NCBI GenBank assembly: GCA_001724265.1
Contig: MEDY01000053.1
Span: 1-64,000, forward strand
From: Rhizaria sp. SCN 62-66
Lineage: Eukaryota
DNA length: 64,000 nt
Direction of reading: 5' to 3'
Part shown: piece after piece, positions 34,805 to 46,253 of the stretch
How positions within the stretch are numbered: the first letter of the stretch is position 1
How the letters are laid out: each line of letters opens with the position of its first letter
Notes under the pieces: generated by a model
Told to the model about the DNA's origin: nothing
Database searches by the model: none
Seen by the model: only the letters and a program-made list of their open reading frames with translations
Program-made: the position numbers and the translations under genes

Positions 34805-35626
34805 TCACAGCTCACTGTGAAGACGAATCTTACGCTTCACATGCTGTTCCTGCTGATCTTGCTGCTGCTGCTGTTGCTTGGCTTCGGTCTGTTGTTGCTC
34901 CAGCTCAGCCGCAATGCCTTGCCGAATAGCCGCCGCGGCCTCGGCCCGGCCCCTCTGTGCGACCCTGTCATCGCCCAGCGGCAGCTCCATCTCGACCACC
35001 TCGCCGCGACCGCTGCCCGCGCCGCCACCCGCGCCGCCGCTGTCGCCGTCGCGCTTGTTGCTGCCGGCCAGCGCGCGCGCCACGGCGGCGACGAGGTCGG
35101 CGAGCCCATCGGCAAAGGTGACCGTAGGCACCCAGCCCAGCGCCCCGTACAGCGCGCTGCGGGCCAGCCGCGGCGGCGGGCTCGCGCGCGCCACGGCCAG
35201 GCGGTCGCTGAACGCGAACTCGCACAGCTTGCTGCCGCTGCTTGCTGTTGCTGTTGCTGTTGCCGTTTCTGTTGTTACGGCGACTGCAGCAGCGAGGGCG
35301 GGCGCCACGTCCTCCCTGAGGGTGACCGTGACGGCCGACGTCAGGTCCGTCACCTCGTCCGCGACGGCGAAGCGCCGCATGAGCAGTGCCAGCGCGGCGG
35401 CGGCGTCCTGCCCGTGCAGGAACTGCCTCTGCTCGCGGCCGTCGGTAAGCGCCGCGACGGCCCCGCGCTCGAGGCACTGAAGCGCCCAGTCGACCAGGAC
35501 GTGCGACTTGCGGCCGACGCGCTCGCGCCCGTACAGGTTCCACAGGCGGACAGACTTGCCCTGCTGCGGCTTGACTTGGGCCAACGCAGCAGACTCAGCG
35601 GGCACACTCGCACTCGGATCCGAGCT

Positions 35627-35659
<33 letters not shown>

Positions 35660-36259
35660 GAGTGCGAGAAGCGAAGGCAAGGGAGGGAATGTGTTGACCC
35701 AGCTCTCCCCAAGCCGCTTGACGGTGCCGTAGGGTGTGGGCTCGGTCTGCAGCACGGAGCTGATGAACATGAACGGCACCGCGGTGCGCCGCAGCCATGG
35801 AAACACGGCGTCGTAGATCTGCACGTTGTGGCGCAGAATCGCCTGCTGCGTGTCCGCCGCCGTTGAGTCAATAAACTTCGACCCGCCGACCTCGCAGGCG
35901 AGGAAGAAACAGAAGGACACGTTCAGCGCGCGGGGCGGCGAGGCGGGTGAGACTGACGCGGCGGCAGAGTCTGTGGAGGCCCAAGCGTCGGGGCGGGAGT
36001 TGAGGAACGCGGGGAGCGCTGCCGGGTTGCGCAAGTCAACGTGGCCGCGGCCGGTGACGCCGATAACGTCGTAGCCGTCGCGCGCAAGCTGCTGGGTCAG
36101 GTACTGGCCGAGAAATCCGCCGGAGCCGAGCACGAGGACCTTGCCGGCGCCGGGCGGCACCGTGTCTGGGACCTCGAAAGCCGGCTCAGATGCAGCATCT
36201 GCGGAGACGCAGAGCGCGACTATCGCGACTGCAAGCGCGGCAAGGCGGCGAAAGCGCAT
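34805..36259 (-). CDS. Extended SDR, NAD-dependent nucleotide-sugar epimerase/dehydratase, with signal peptide
   Basis: VLVLGSGGFLG Rossmann motif, FFLACEVGG, FISS, catalytic YGTVK, RLWNLYG and DGREQRQFLH. The N-terminus is hydrophobic (MRFRRLAALAVAIVALCVSADA). Confidence 0.85.
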
Positions 36260-36823
36260 CAAAGCAGTGAGAAACCTGAGCCGTCAATGATTATAAAACT
36301 AATTATAAAGCTTTGGAGATGTTGCGATGGTTGATGACTCAGCCAGCCGGCACTTTGAAGGTGTCGGTACTTTTGACAAGTCCACAGCGAGTCGAAACCG
36401 GAGAGCTAAAGAAAAGTAATAAGAAAAGACATATATTTTGAGCAAAATAATTTGAAGATACAAGTTATATTGACGACAACGGAGTCTGTATGAACGAGGC
36501 CATGCTCGAAGATAGAGATAAGGGGTGGGCCATCTTCAGCAAAGTAAAGACGCACCAGAAAAAAAAGCGCATGTGGTCAAGACGCTAAATGCATCGTTTT
36601 ACCGAGGATAGCAGTGACTAAGACACGCATTAAGATCACATTGAAAAGAAAAGAACTTCATAATTAATAAAATACAACAATATCGGCGTTATGACAAAAC
36701 TTATAATCCTGTTAAACCACTTTAACTACCGACAGCATGACACGCAGCATAGTTCGTTCTCTTACAGACACAGACACAGACATACAGTCGCTCGCTTGCT
36801 GCTATCGGTTATCGTTATCTTGC

Positions 36824-39800
36824 TTAGCCGCGTCCGGGGTTGCTGGCCGCGGCCGCCGCAGCCGCGACTGCGTCGGCGGCCTCCTCCTCCGCCGCGGCGG
36901 CCTCTTGCGGCTGCTCTTGCGCCACCAGCCACGCCCTCTCGGCAGGGTTGGTCGCGAACTTGACCGTGACCAGCGGCACCGCGCCGGCGGCCGTCACGGC
37001 GGGCGAGGTCAGGTAGCGCTGCAGCATCGGGCCCAGCACGGGCTCGGGCGAGATCTCCACGCCCAGCGTCTGCGGCGCCAGCGCCGGCGCAGAGCTACCG
37101 CTCGAGCTCACAGCCTCGCTGCTGTTGCCGTTGCCGTCGCTGGTGGCATTGGGGAGGCGCGAGGCGATGAGCGCCTGCGTCTTGGTCCAGAGCACGGGCA
37201 TGGCGAGCTGGCGCGACAGCAGCTCGGCGAGCATCGTCGACACGGGCACCGAGTAGCCGTTAGGCAGCACGAAGCCGAGCTTGCGCGCAGCCTCGAGCAC
37301 GAAGGCCGAGGACGCGAGCGAGGCGTCCTTGTGCGAGAGCGCGAAGACCACGTCGCCGAGCAGGTTGGGCACGTAGCGGCCCGAGAGCCCCGAGAGGTCG
37401 GGCTCCGCGGTCCCGGGCTCGGGTTCGGCGTAGACGGACCCGCCGCGCAGCACGCGGGCGATGGCGACCCGGAACGGCGCCACGGCCTCGTGCAGCATCG
37501 ACGTGTGGAACGGCGTGTCGACCGAGGTGAAGGCGACTGACGCGCGCGAAGACCGCGGCGCGCACAGCCAAGAGCGCACTCGCGGCGCCGTGGGCGCATG
37601 CGCCGCGGGGATCTGGCCGAAGGGCACGAACGGCACGCGCACAATGTGCCCCGTGTCGTCGTCGTCGTGGCCCTCGGCCGCGGATGTGGGCACGGCCACC
37701 TCGTCGCCGAACTGCGCGTCGGCCTCGGCCAGGCGCGGGAACGCGTCTTCGGACGCCGCGGCGACGAGCTTCGCGAGCTCCTTCGCGAGCGCCTCCTCGG
37801 TTGGCACGCCGGGCTCCCCGTTGGGGCCCGGGGTTGCGGCGGCCGCGGCGGCGGCAGCGGCGGCGGCGAGCGCGTCGGAGGTCGGCAGCACCGCGTAGGG
37901 CGCCGCGGTGGCCGCAGCGAGCGCGGCGGCGGAGGCAGCGTCGTTGCTCTGCGCCGCCCGCGATGTCGAGTTCGCAGAGGTGTAGGACGAGTACGCGGGG
38001 CGCACGAAGAGCCCCTCGGCGCCCGCTGCGGCGGCAGCTGCGGCGGCGGCGTCGGCCTGCTGCTGCTGCTGATGCGAGTGCGAGAGCGCGGAGGAGGAGA
38101 AGGACGCCGGAATCACGGGCTCGGCGTTGCGCGCGCTCAGCAGCCGCGTGATGTCCGCGCGCGCGTCGCCGACGGCGGCCGTGGCGCTGGAGCGGATGAT
38201 GGTCACCAGCGCGTCGGCTGTGGGCACGGTGCGGTGGCGGAAAAGCCCGTTGAGCGTCTGGCGGAAGGTCTCGAGCAGCAGGTGCGAGCCGGCGAGCATG
38301 TACTGCTGTCCGGCCGAGTTGTGATTAACGACCTCGAGCAGCAGACCGGGGTCGGACCGCACGTGGCGCTCAGGCACGCGCAGCAGCGTCTCTTTCATCA
38401 TGGCCAGCGCGCGGCCGACCTCGATCTTGGCGACCTCGGCCAGCAGGCGCAGGTAGTAGGCGTACGGGTCGTCTTGCTCGTACCAGCGGGGCTGGATTGC
38501 CTCGCCCAGGTGCACGCGGTACGACGACACGGACGAGTACGACGCCGAGCGCTCGAGACAGCCTTTGGCCTCGGCGACGGCGCGCGCGAGCACGTCCGAG
38601 TCGGGGTCCGCGGCCAGCGCGGCGGGCGACAAGAACGGCAGCTTGGCGGGCAGCACAGCGGCCATGGCGAGGCGCGAGCGGCCCAGCGCGTCGCGCGGCA
38701 CGCACCGCTGCAGCAGCCAGCCGCGGAGGAAGACGAGCTCTGCCAGTGCCTCGAGCGGGAGGCGGGAGCCGGCGCCGCCCCGGCAGTCGGCCGCGGCGGG
38801 GTCCAGGTCCGAGCAGAGCGCAGCAACGGCGGAGAACTCGCCCAGGCTGTGGCCCGCGTACAGCGCGCCTGGGTCCAGCTCGTGCATGAGCGGGGACATC
38901 TGCGCCACACCTTCATCAGACGCCGCGGCAGCCGCGGTCAGAGCGGCGGCGCGGCGGTTGGCCTGCGTCTGCGCGTACACGGCAACCTCCTGCGTCCACA
39001 CCGTGAGCTGCTGGAAGTGCGTGTGGCATAGCAGACCCTGGCGCGCGGACTCGGGCAGCACGGCCAGCGAGAGCCCCGTGGGCGCGGTCGGAGTCGCGGG
39101 GCCCAGCAGCATGATGTGCTCGACCGAGCCGTCGACGACGTCGGCGTAGCGCTCCAGCAGCCAGTGCGGGATGTGAAACTGCGCCGCCGTCGACGCGATG
39201 GCGTCGTCGCGCACGGCGCGGGCACGCTGCGCGCGCTCGTGCGCGTCCACGGCGGCGTCCGACTCGAAGTCCTCGGCCGAGGACATGGTGCCGTCGAGCA
39301 GCTGCTGCGACGCGGCGACGGCGTCGCGCTCGACCGTGTCGGCCGCGGCGCCGCCGATGACCATGCGCAGCAGGCGGCGCCAGCGCCAGCGCACAGCGGC
39401 GTTGTCGAGCGGGATGCGCAGCGCCGAGGGGTTGAAGTTGGCGATGTGGTCGAGCGGAATCGCGTAGTTCTCTTGCGCCCACGCCGTCACGCGGCGCCAC
39501 ACGGCCGCGCCGACGTCGTTGCCGGGGGGCACGCCGGGCTGACCGTCGATAGAGCTGGCGTCGATGAAGGCGTCGCTGCCCTCAACGTCGGCGCCCGCGC
39601 TGGGGTCTAGGAAGCCGCGCGCGAGCCCGGCACCGCGCGCCGCGTGCCCGCCCTGCCCGCCGAAGACGAAGAACGACACGGGACGGGCCGCGGTCACGGC
39701 GGCGGGCAGCGCGGCCGCGGCGGCGGCGTCAGCGGGCGAGAGCGCGGCGGAGGGCTTCTTGGGCGTGATGCAGAAGGCCGTGAGCGTGGGCGAGTGCGTG

Positions 39801-42718
39801 TGCACGGTGAAGCCACCCTTCATGACCAGCGGGTCCGACGGGTTCCACTGCGAGGTTGGCTTGAGCGTCACGGGCGCGGGCGTCACGACCAGCTGCACGG
39901 GGTCTGTCTCCGCGCCAGCCTCTGCGGCTTCGGCCGTCTCCGAGTCCAACAGCTCGCCCTCGGTCGTGGCAGTGCCCGTAGCGCTGCCCGCAGAGTTCAG
40001 GCTGGGAATGCCTGAGGCCGCGGCGGCGGCGGCGGCGTCGGGCGCGAGCGAGGGCGTGGCGAGCGTGCGCGACAGCGGGATGAGCCCGAAGCCGAGTCCG
40101 CGCACCTGGTACGTGAAGGTGTGCTCGAAGCGGCCGCTGCCCTGGCCGCCATCGACCACGGGCTGCGACGTCACGCGCTTCACCTGCACCGTGAGCGCAG
40201 CGCCCTCGGTCACGGGCCGGATGAACTCGCATCGGAAACCGGTGATCTCGACCGGCGTCGGCACAGACGACGCGGTAAAGGAGCCAGAGATGCTCCCGTT
40301 CGCGTTGTTGCTGTTGCTGTTGGCGTCGTCTTGCGCGAGGACGGAGGCGAGGTGCTCGCGGACGGCGGCGGCAAGGACGCCGGCCATGGCGACGCCGTGG
40401 ACCGGCATCGTCGTGTGCAGCAGCATTGACTCCATCTCCACGTCGTCGCCCACTGTGATGTCGGGGCACTCGCCCGTCGCCATAGCGCTCGACGCCGCAG
40501 AGGACGCCGCGGAGGCAGCAGCGCCAGTGTTCGAGGCGCTGGCGTCGGTGTAAGAGCCCGCGGAGGCGGCGCCGAGCTGCCCCTTGTCGGCCGAGAGACG
40601 GGAGTACTGACTGCGCAGCGCATTGCGGTTACGGATCAGCTTCGACGCGCGGCGCTTCATCACGTCGATCCACTTGACGCCCGACGCCATCGCAGCGGCG
40701 GCCGCGGCCTCGCTGGACGAGTCCGAGGCGCCGAGGCCTGCGACGGCGACCGCGCTCTCGGCCGCCGAGCCCGACGCCGCGGCAGCGGCTGCGGCGGCCG
40801 CGGCGGCGTCGATGGCGGCCGAGAGCGCGGCGCGGTGGCGGATCGCGGCCAGCACCGCGGCGGCGCCGCGCTCACGCGCACGCATGCGCGAAGGCCGGCT
40901 GTAGATAAGCCGGTTCATGTCGACGAGCGAGCCCGCGGCGGCCTCGCCGCCGGCGCCGCCGCTGCCGGCCTGCGTGGTGGCCGCAGCGCTAGCCCAGGTG
41001 TCGAAGGCGCCCGCGGCCGTGGCCGTGCGGACCGGCATGAGCTGCGCGCGGACCTCTTCGAGCGCGTTGGACAGCGGCGAGATGCCCGCGAGGGGCACGC
41101 TGGCGTGGATCGGGTTGTGGTCGCCCGACACGAGCGCGAACGCCGACGACAGGCCCAGCGGGACGGAGAGCGTGAAGGACGCCGGCACCACGGGCCCTAG
41201 CCCGCGCGCGGCGCGGTTGCGGCGGCGCGCAGCGTCAAGCACGGCCGTCGCGGACCCGGGCTCCGCGGCCAGCCCGTCGAGGAAGGGCGCGATGGGCGCG
41301 CGCGTGGTCAGCGAGAGCTCGTAGCGCACGGCGTCGCGGGCGCGAGCGGCGCGCGGGGACAGCAGCGACACTGCGCGGCGCGCGCCGTCGTGCGCATAAT
41401 CCTCGGGCACCCAGCGCGGGTCGTTGTAGTCGCCGTGCACGTCGCCGCGCAGCACCGTGTACTTGTTCGACAGCGTCGCCACAGGTACTATGCCCAGCAG
41501 CTCGCCGCGCTCAGAGCTCTCGGCGTCGTCTGCGGCGACAGCGTTCTCGCTGGCGCCAGTGCCCTTGTTGTGACTGAGAGGTGCGTAGATCGGGTATCCG
41601 ACCCAGCTGGTGATGATCACGGTCTTGCCGGTAACGTGCGTGGCGCCGCACGTGAGCGCGGAGCGGTCGCCGCCCGTCAGGCCGGAGACCTGGGTCACCG
41701 CGCTCGTGATCACGACGCGGCGCGGGTCGGCGCGCGCGCCGCGGGGCAGCGTGCGCACCAGCGCGGCCGTCTTCTGCCACTGGTTACCCTGTGCCTGCGC
41801 CTGCTGTTGCTGCTTCTCGAGGTCACTGCCGCTGCTGTTGCTGCTGACGCCGTGGTTAGGGAAGCTCATCGTGTCTCTAACTAGCTCCGGCGCGAAGCGG
41901 GGCGCGAAGGTGCGCGTGAGCTGCCGCCACGCAGAGGCTGAGAGCGCGGTGGGGCCGTGCGCAGAGGCGGCGAGCGACGCCGCGGCCGCGGGCGACTGCG
42001 TGATCTCGGCCGACGCCGGCCCGGCGGTGTCAGAGCCGGCGTTCGCGTGCGCGCCGGCGAGCGCCTCGACAACCGCCACGACCGCGGCGCGCGAGTCGGG
42101 GAACAGTGGTGCGTACGGGCGCGCCGCCGCCTCCTCCACGGCCGCCGAGACAGGTTCGCGCTCGCCCACGGCGGCGATGGTGTCGTGGCGCGTCACACGC
42201 GAGGACGCGTGCATGAGCGAGGACAGGTCGTCGCGCGTGCGGGAGAGCGCGGGGAAGAGCGCACGCACGATCGACGGCCACGCCAGCGCGTACAGCGTCG
42301 CCTCGGGCGGCAGCGGCGCCGACAGCAGCAGGTGCGGGGCGCCGGCGCCCACCGCCGTCGCCGCGCCCGCGTCCGCGTCGGCGTTGGCGTCCGCGTCGGT
42401 GTTGGCGGTGGCGTCGGCGGCGGTGAGCGAAAAGAGCGAGATGCCGTTGCCATTGCCCGACAGCGGACGCGGCAGCAGCGGCGTCGCGAGCGGGTTCCCG
42501 TGCGGCAGCGTGACCGTGAGCAGCTGCAGCGCGCGGTTCAGCGGGTCGCGCGCGTGCCGGGCGGCCGACAGCGCCGCGAAAGTGCTGTCGACGCGGGCCA
42601 GCTCGGCGAAGATCGGGTCTGTCGGCGGCCGCAGAAGCGCCGCGGAGGGCTGGTCGAACAGCGAGTGCGACCGCGGGGACAGCGCGCGCGGCCTGTACTC
42701 GCCCTCGGCAGTCTCATC

Positions 42719-42752
<34 letters not shown>

Positions 42753-45571
42753 CTGATGTCGCTGTCCGTCGTGGAGCGAACGCGCGGGCGGCCGCGCGTC
42801 TCGGCGGTGCGCCAGGCGGCCTCGAGCGCAATGGGCGCCGACACGGGCGCGACGCGCGACGTCACACTCAGCTCCGCGCCCGCGCGCGGCTCCCAGGCCG
42901 CCTTGTACACGCTGAACACGGCCGCGTGATTGTGCTCGGCCGCCGCGGCCTCCTCGGAGAGCATCCAGCCCAGCAGCGGCTGCGCGTGCACCGCCGCGGC
43001 GTGCGCGTCGGCCGCCGCGGACGAGTCCGCCGTCACGGAGCCGCCACCCAGCGCGGAGGGCACCGAGGGGCCGTGCGAGTTGTGGCTCTTGTGTGGCGCG
43101 GGCGGGCTGGTGGCCTTGCTCAGCGTGAAGCGCATCGCAAGCACCGGCAGCTCCGGCGGCGGCGGCGGGCGCAGCGTGTTCCCAATCGCACCATTTGCAC
43201 TTGCGCTCGCAGGCGCATTCGCGGTCACACTTGTGTTCGCCGCAGATGCAGCCTTGTTTGTCGGAGCAGAAGCGTTGGCGTAGTGATGAGTCCTGCACTT
43301 GCTGTCGTCGACGGAGTTGGCCCCGCCGATGACGGTGCCGCCGCTGACGCCCGGGTCGGCGCTCGCGCTGTTGATCGCGGCCTGCTGGTGCAGCATCGCC
43401 GCCGCGGTGCCCGTCGCGGACTGGTTGGCGTCGAGCACGACCACGACGGCGGGCTGGGCAGGGTGTGCGTGTCCGTCGAACACGCTCACGCTGTCGCCCA
43501 GCGCGCTGCTCGCAGCGGCTCGGCTGCCGCCCGCGGCCGCTCTGGCGCCGCTGCCGCTCGCACTGCTGGTGAAAGCGCTGGCGGGGCGGTCGAGCCCCAG
43601 CGCGGCGGCCGAGGTCACGACGGCGGCCGCCGCCGGGTCGCACTCGTGCTCGAGCAGGTACCGCAGCAGCGCGGGCAGCCGCGACGGCGTCTCGGCCACC
43701 TCGCCCTCATTCTCGCTGGCGCTCGCACTGGCGCCGTGGGCGGCGGCGCGGTGGGCCTTGCTGGCTTTGAGCGCGCGCCGGTGCAGATGCGCGTAGTAGC
43801 GGTCGAGCTCGCCCGTCTCGCGGGCCGCCTCGAGCGCTGCCATCAGCTCCGCCGTGCCACGGGCGCCGACCGGTCCGTCGATGGGCAGCGGGGAGACGCC
43901 GATGGCCGCCACGGAGAGGCCGGTCTCGCCCTGCCGGAGGCCCTGCAGCGGCGAGTAGCGCACGTACTTGGCGCCGGAGCCCGAACCAGCGGCCGCAGCA
44001 GAGGCGACGTTGTCGAGGTCGTCACTGACACCGTCGTCATTGGTATTGTTGTTGTTGCTGTTGTCACTGCTGCTGTTGTTGATGGGGGCGTCGACCTCCG
44101 CACGGTAGCCGTAGACGGTGAGCACCATGCCGGGACGCAGCGCGAAGACGGCCGCCAGCGGATTGGCGCGCGTGCTGACCGCGCCGACCCCGGCCGCGCC
44201 CACGGGTCCCAGGCCCACGCCAGGAGTCTCCTTGTCGCTGCTGCTCGCGTCACCGGAGTTGCTCGCAGCGCCGTTCGCCGCGGCGGCGTGGCTGCCAGGC
44301 GCTCGCTTGCCCCTGGCTGCGGCGGCCGCGGCGGCGATGCTGCTGTTGAGCGCGGCGGCCTCGGTCGACGGCACGTGCACGCGCGAGTGCACCAGCGCAG
44401 AGCACCACGATAGCAGCGCGGGCGGCAGCCGCACGGGCCCCTCAACCGACGCGGCGCTCGCGGGCGCGCCGTCGCTCTCGGCCTGCGCGAGCGCCTGCGC
44501 CTGGGCCTGCGCGAGCTCGGCCGCGATGTGCTCCTCGGTGGTGTTGTCCAGCGTCGCCTGCATCCACTGCAGCACCTTCATCGTCGCGCGCGCGCCCAGC
44601 GACGCGCCCTGCGCCGTGCGCGTCCAGCGCTCCTCGGCCACCACAGTCTCCTGCCGCGCCAGCAGCGTGAGCAGGGCCTCCATGAGCCCCGCGGAGACGG
44701 GCCGCGCGGCCGCGGCGGAGGACCGGTGCAGCAGGGTCGCGGCCGGGAACGCGGCGGCGGCGGCGGCGGCGGGGGAGGCGACGTCAATGCCGCCCGCGCC
44801 AGACGCGGCCGCCGAGGCTGAGGTCGCCGAGACGAAGGGGATCACCACGGTCGCGATCGGGATGAGGTCGTGCGCGGCCAGCACGGACGCGGAGGCGAAG
44901 GCCGGCGAGGCGGGCACCACGGGGGGCCTCGCCACCGACGTCGCACCGCCGACACTGAGCCCGGCGGCCGTGTCGGCGGCGGCGGCCGCGGCGGCGGAGG
45001 CAGCGGCAATGGCCGAGGCGGCGGCGCGGGTGTTAGCGGCGCGCGGGGCCGTGGCGGCGGCGTGCGTGACTTCGATGGTCTTGAGGGAGAGCAGCAGCGG
45101 CAGCTGCGAGGGCAGCTGCTGCACCGAGACGAGCGGCGATGTGTTGACGTGGAACAGCGACGAGGCCGAGAGCTCCAGCGCGGGCAGCGACGCGTGGAAC
45201 AGCACGGGTGTCGCCGCGCTCGCGCTCGCGCTCGCACTCGCGCTGGCGTTGATGCTGTCATTGCTGCTCTCGTCTGCGCTCGAGCCGTTCGGAGACGGCG
45301 AGGACGAGTACAGGCGGCGCAGGGACGCAGGGGCGGGCAGGCAGGCGCTGGAAAACGCCAAAGACGCCGGACGGAGGGGCGCAGAAGCGCGGGCGCGGGT
45401 GGGAAGGAGGCAACGGGACGCAGAGATTGTAGCCGACGATGGGAGCGGCGGTGCGAGACCGACCGCAGTCTTCGCCGTAGCCGTGGAGCTCTTGCTGGCC
45501 AGGGGGAGTGAGACGGGGAAGACGCGGAGCGCAGCGGCCCGGGCGCCGAGGCGCGCGCGGAGAGAGAACAT
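36824..45571 (-). CDS. Fungal/mycobacterial-type FAS-I-derived dehydratase (MaoC double hot-dog) + malonyl/palmitoyl transferase protein with a probable mitochondrial presequence (~2915 aa, intronless)
   Basis: Motifs in FAS-I order: NPLAAVFALRPGM, LAWPSIVRALFP...DLSSLMHASS, SGDHNPIH, VHG, FVFGGQG, THFQQ, AGHSLGEFSA, LVFLRGWLLQRCVPRDALGRS, LLEVVNHN, VDTPFH, GRYVPNL, AELLSRQLAMPVLWTKTQ, VEISPEPVL. First ATG is at 45571. Confidence 0.85.
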
Positions 45572-46253
45572 ACCCTGAGGAAGGAAGGAGGGAAGAGGGA
45601 GAGGCGCCGCCTTGCTAGCCACAGAGGTGGAGGACGCTACTCTTGAGAAAACTCGGGGTCTGCGTGGCGAATACAGAAGTAGACAAGATATCAGCAAGCG
45701 GAAAAGTTAGAAAAAAGCACAAAAAATCAATACACAATAGGCTTGCAAAGCGGAGTGATTGTTGCAGAGAGGTCTACAGCACGGCGAGAGCGAGATTTCA
45801 ATCGGTCGGGGTAGCAGAACGTGGTGAGATCCGGCGGGATTTGCGCGCGGTAATCACACAACCGCGCAAAATGCACAAAATGGGTTAGCTATTACACGCC
45901 GTAGAAATGCTAACCAAGCGTGTTAGGGCGTATAACAACGATCCACCGAGTCGACTGCCTTGCCGAACGACTTAGTCCCCCCAAGCCACCACTTTCGCGA
46001 GTCCGCAGCGCTGCGGCCGCTGCATCGAAAACGTGCCTGAGGATATCGTGAATCAAAAGCACAATATATCGATGCATTCCCATCCGTTTCCGCACTTGAG
46101 ACGCCTTTGACAGGATATTTTAGTAGTGTTTATACCTTATTCAAACAATTATGCATGCCTCACGCTCGTTCTCTGTGCCCTAAATCTTTCCCCAAACAGG
46201 TCACCCCTCGCGTCACCCCCAGTCTATCTCGATCGGCAGCCCGGGCTCTCACG

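Noticed and set aside
45572-45697. N-terminal extension of the 2957-aa ORF from a non-ATG start
   Set aside because: In a eukaryotic gene the first ATG (45571) is preferred, and it begins a coherent presequence. The upstream part looks like UTR or intron.
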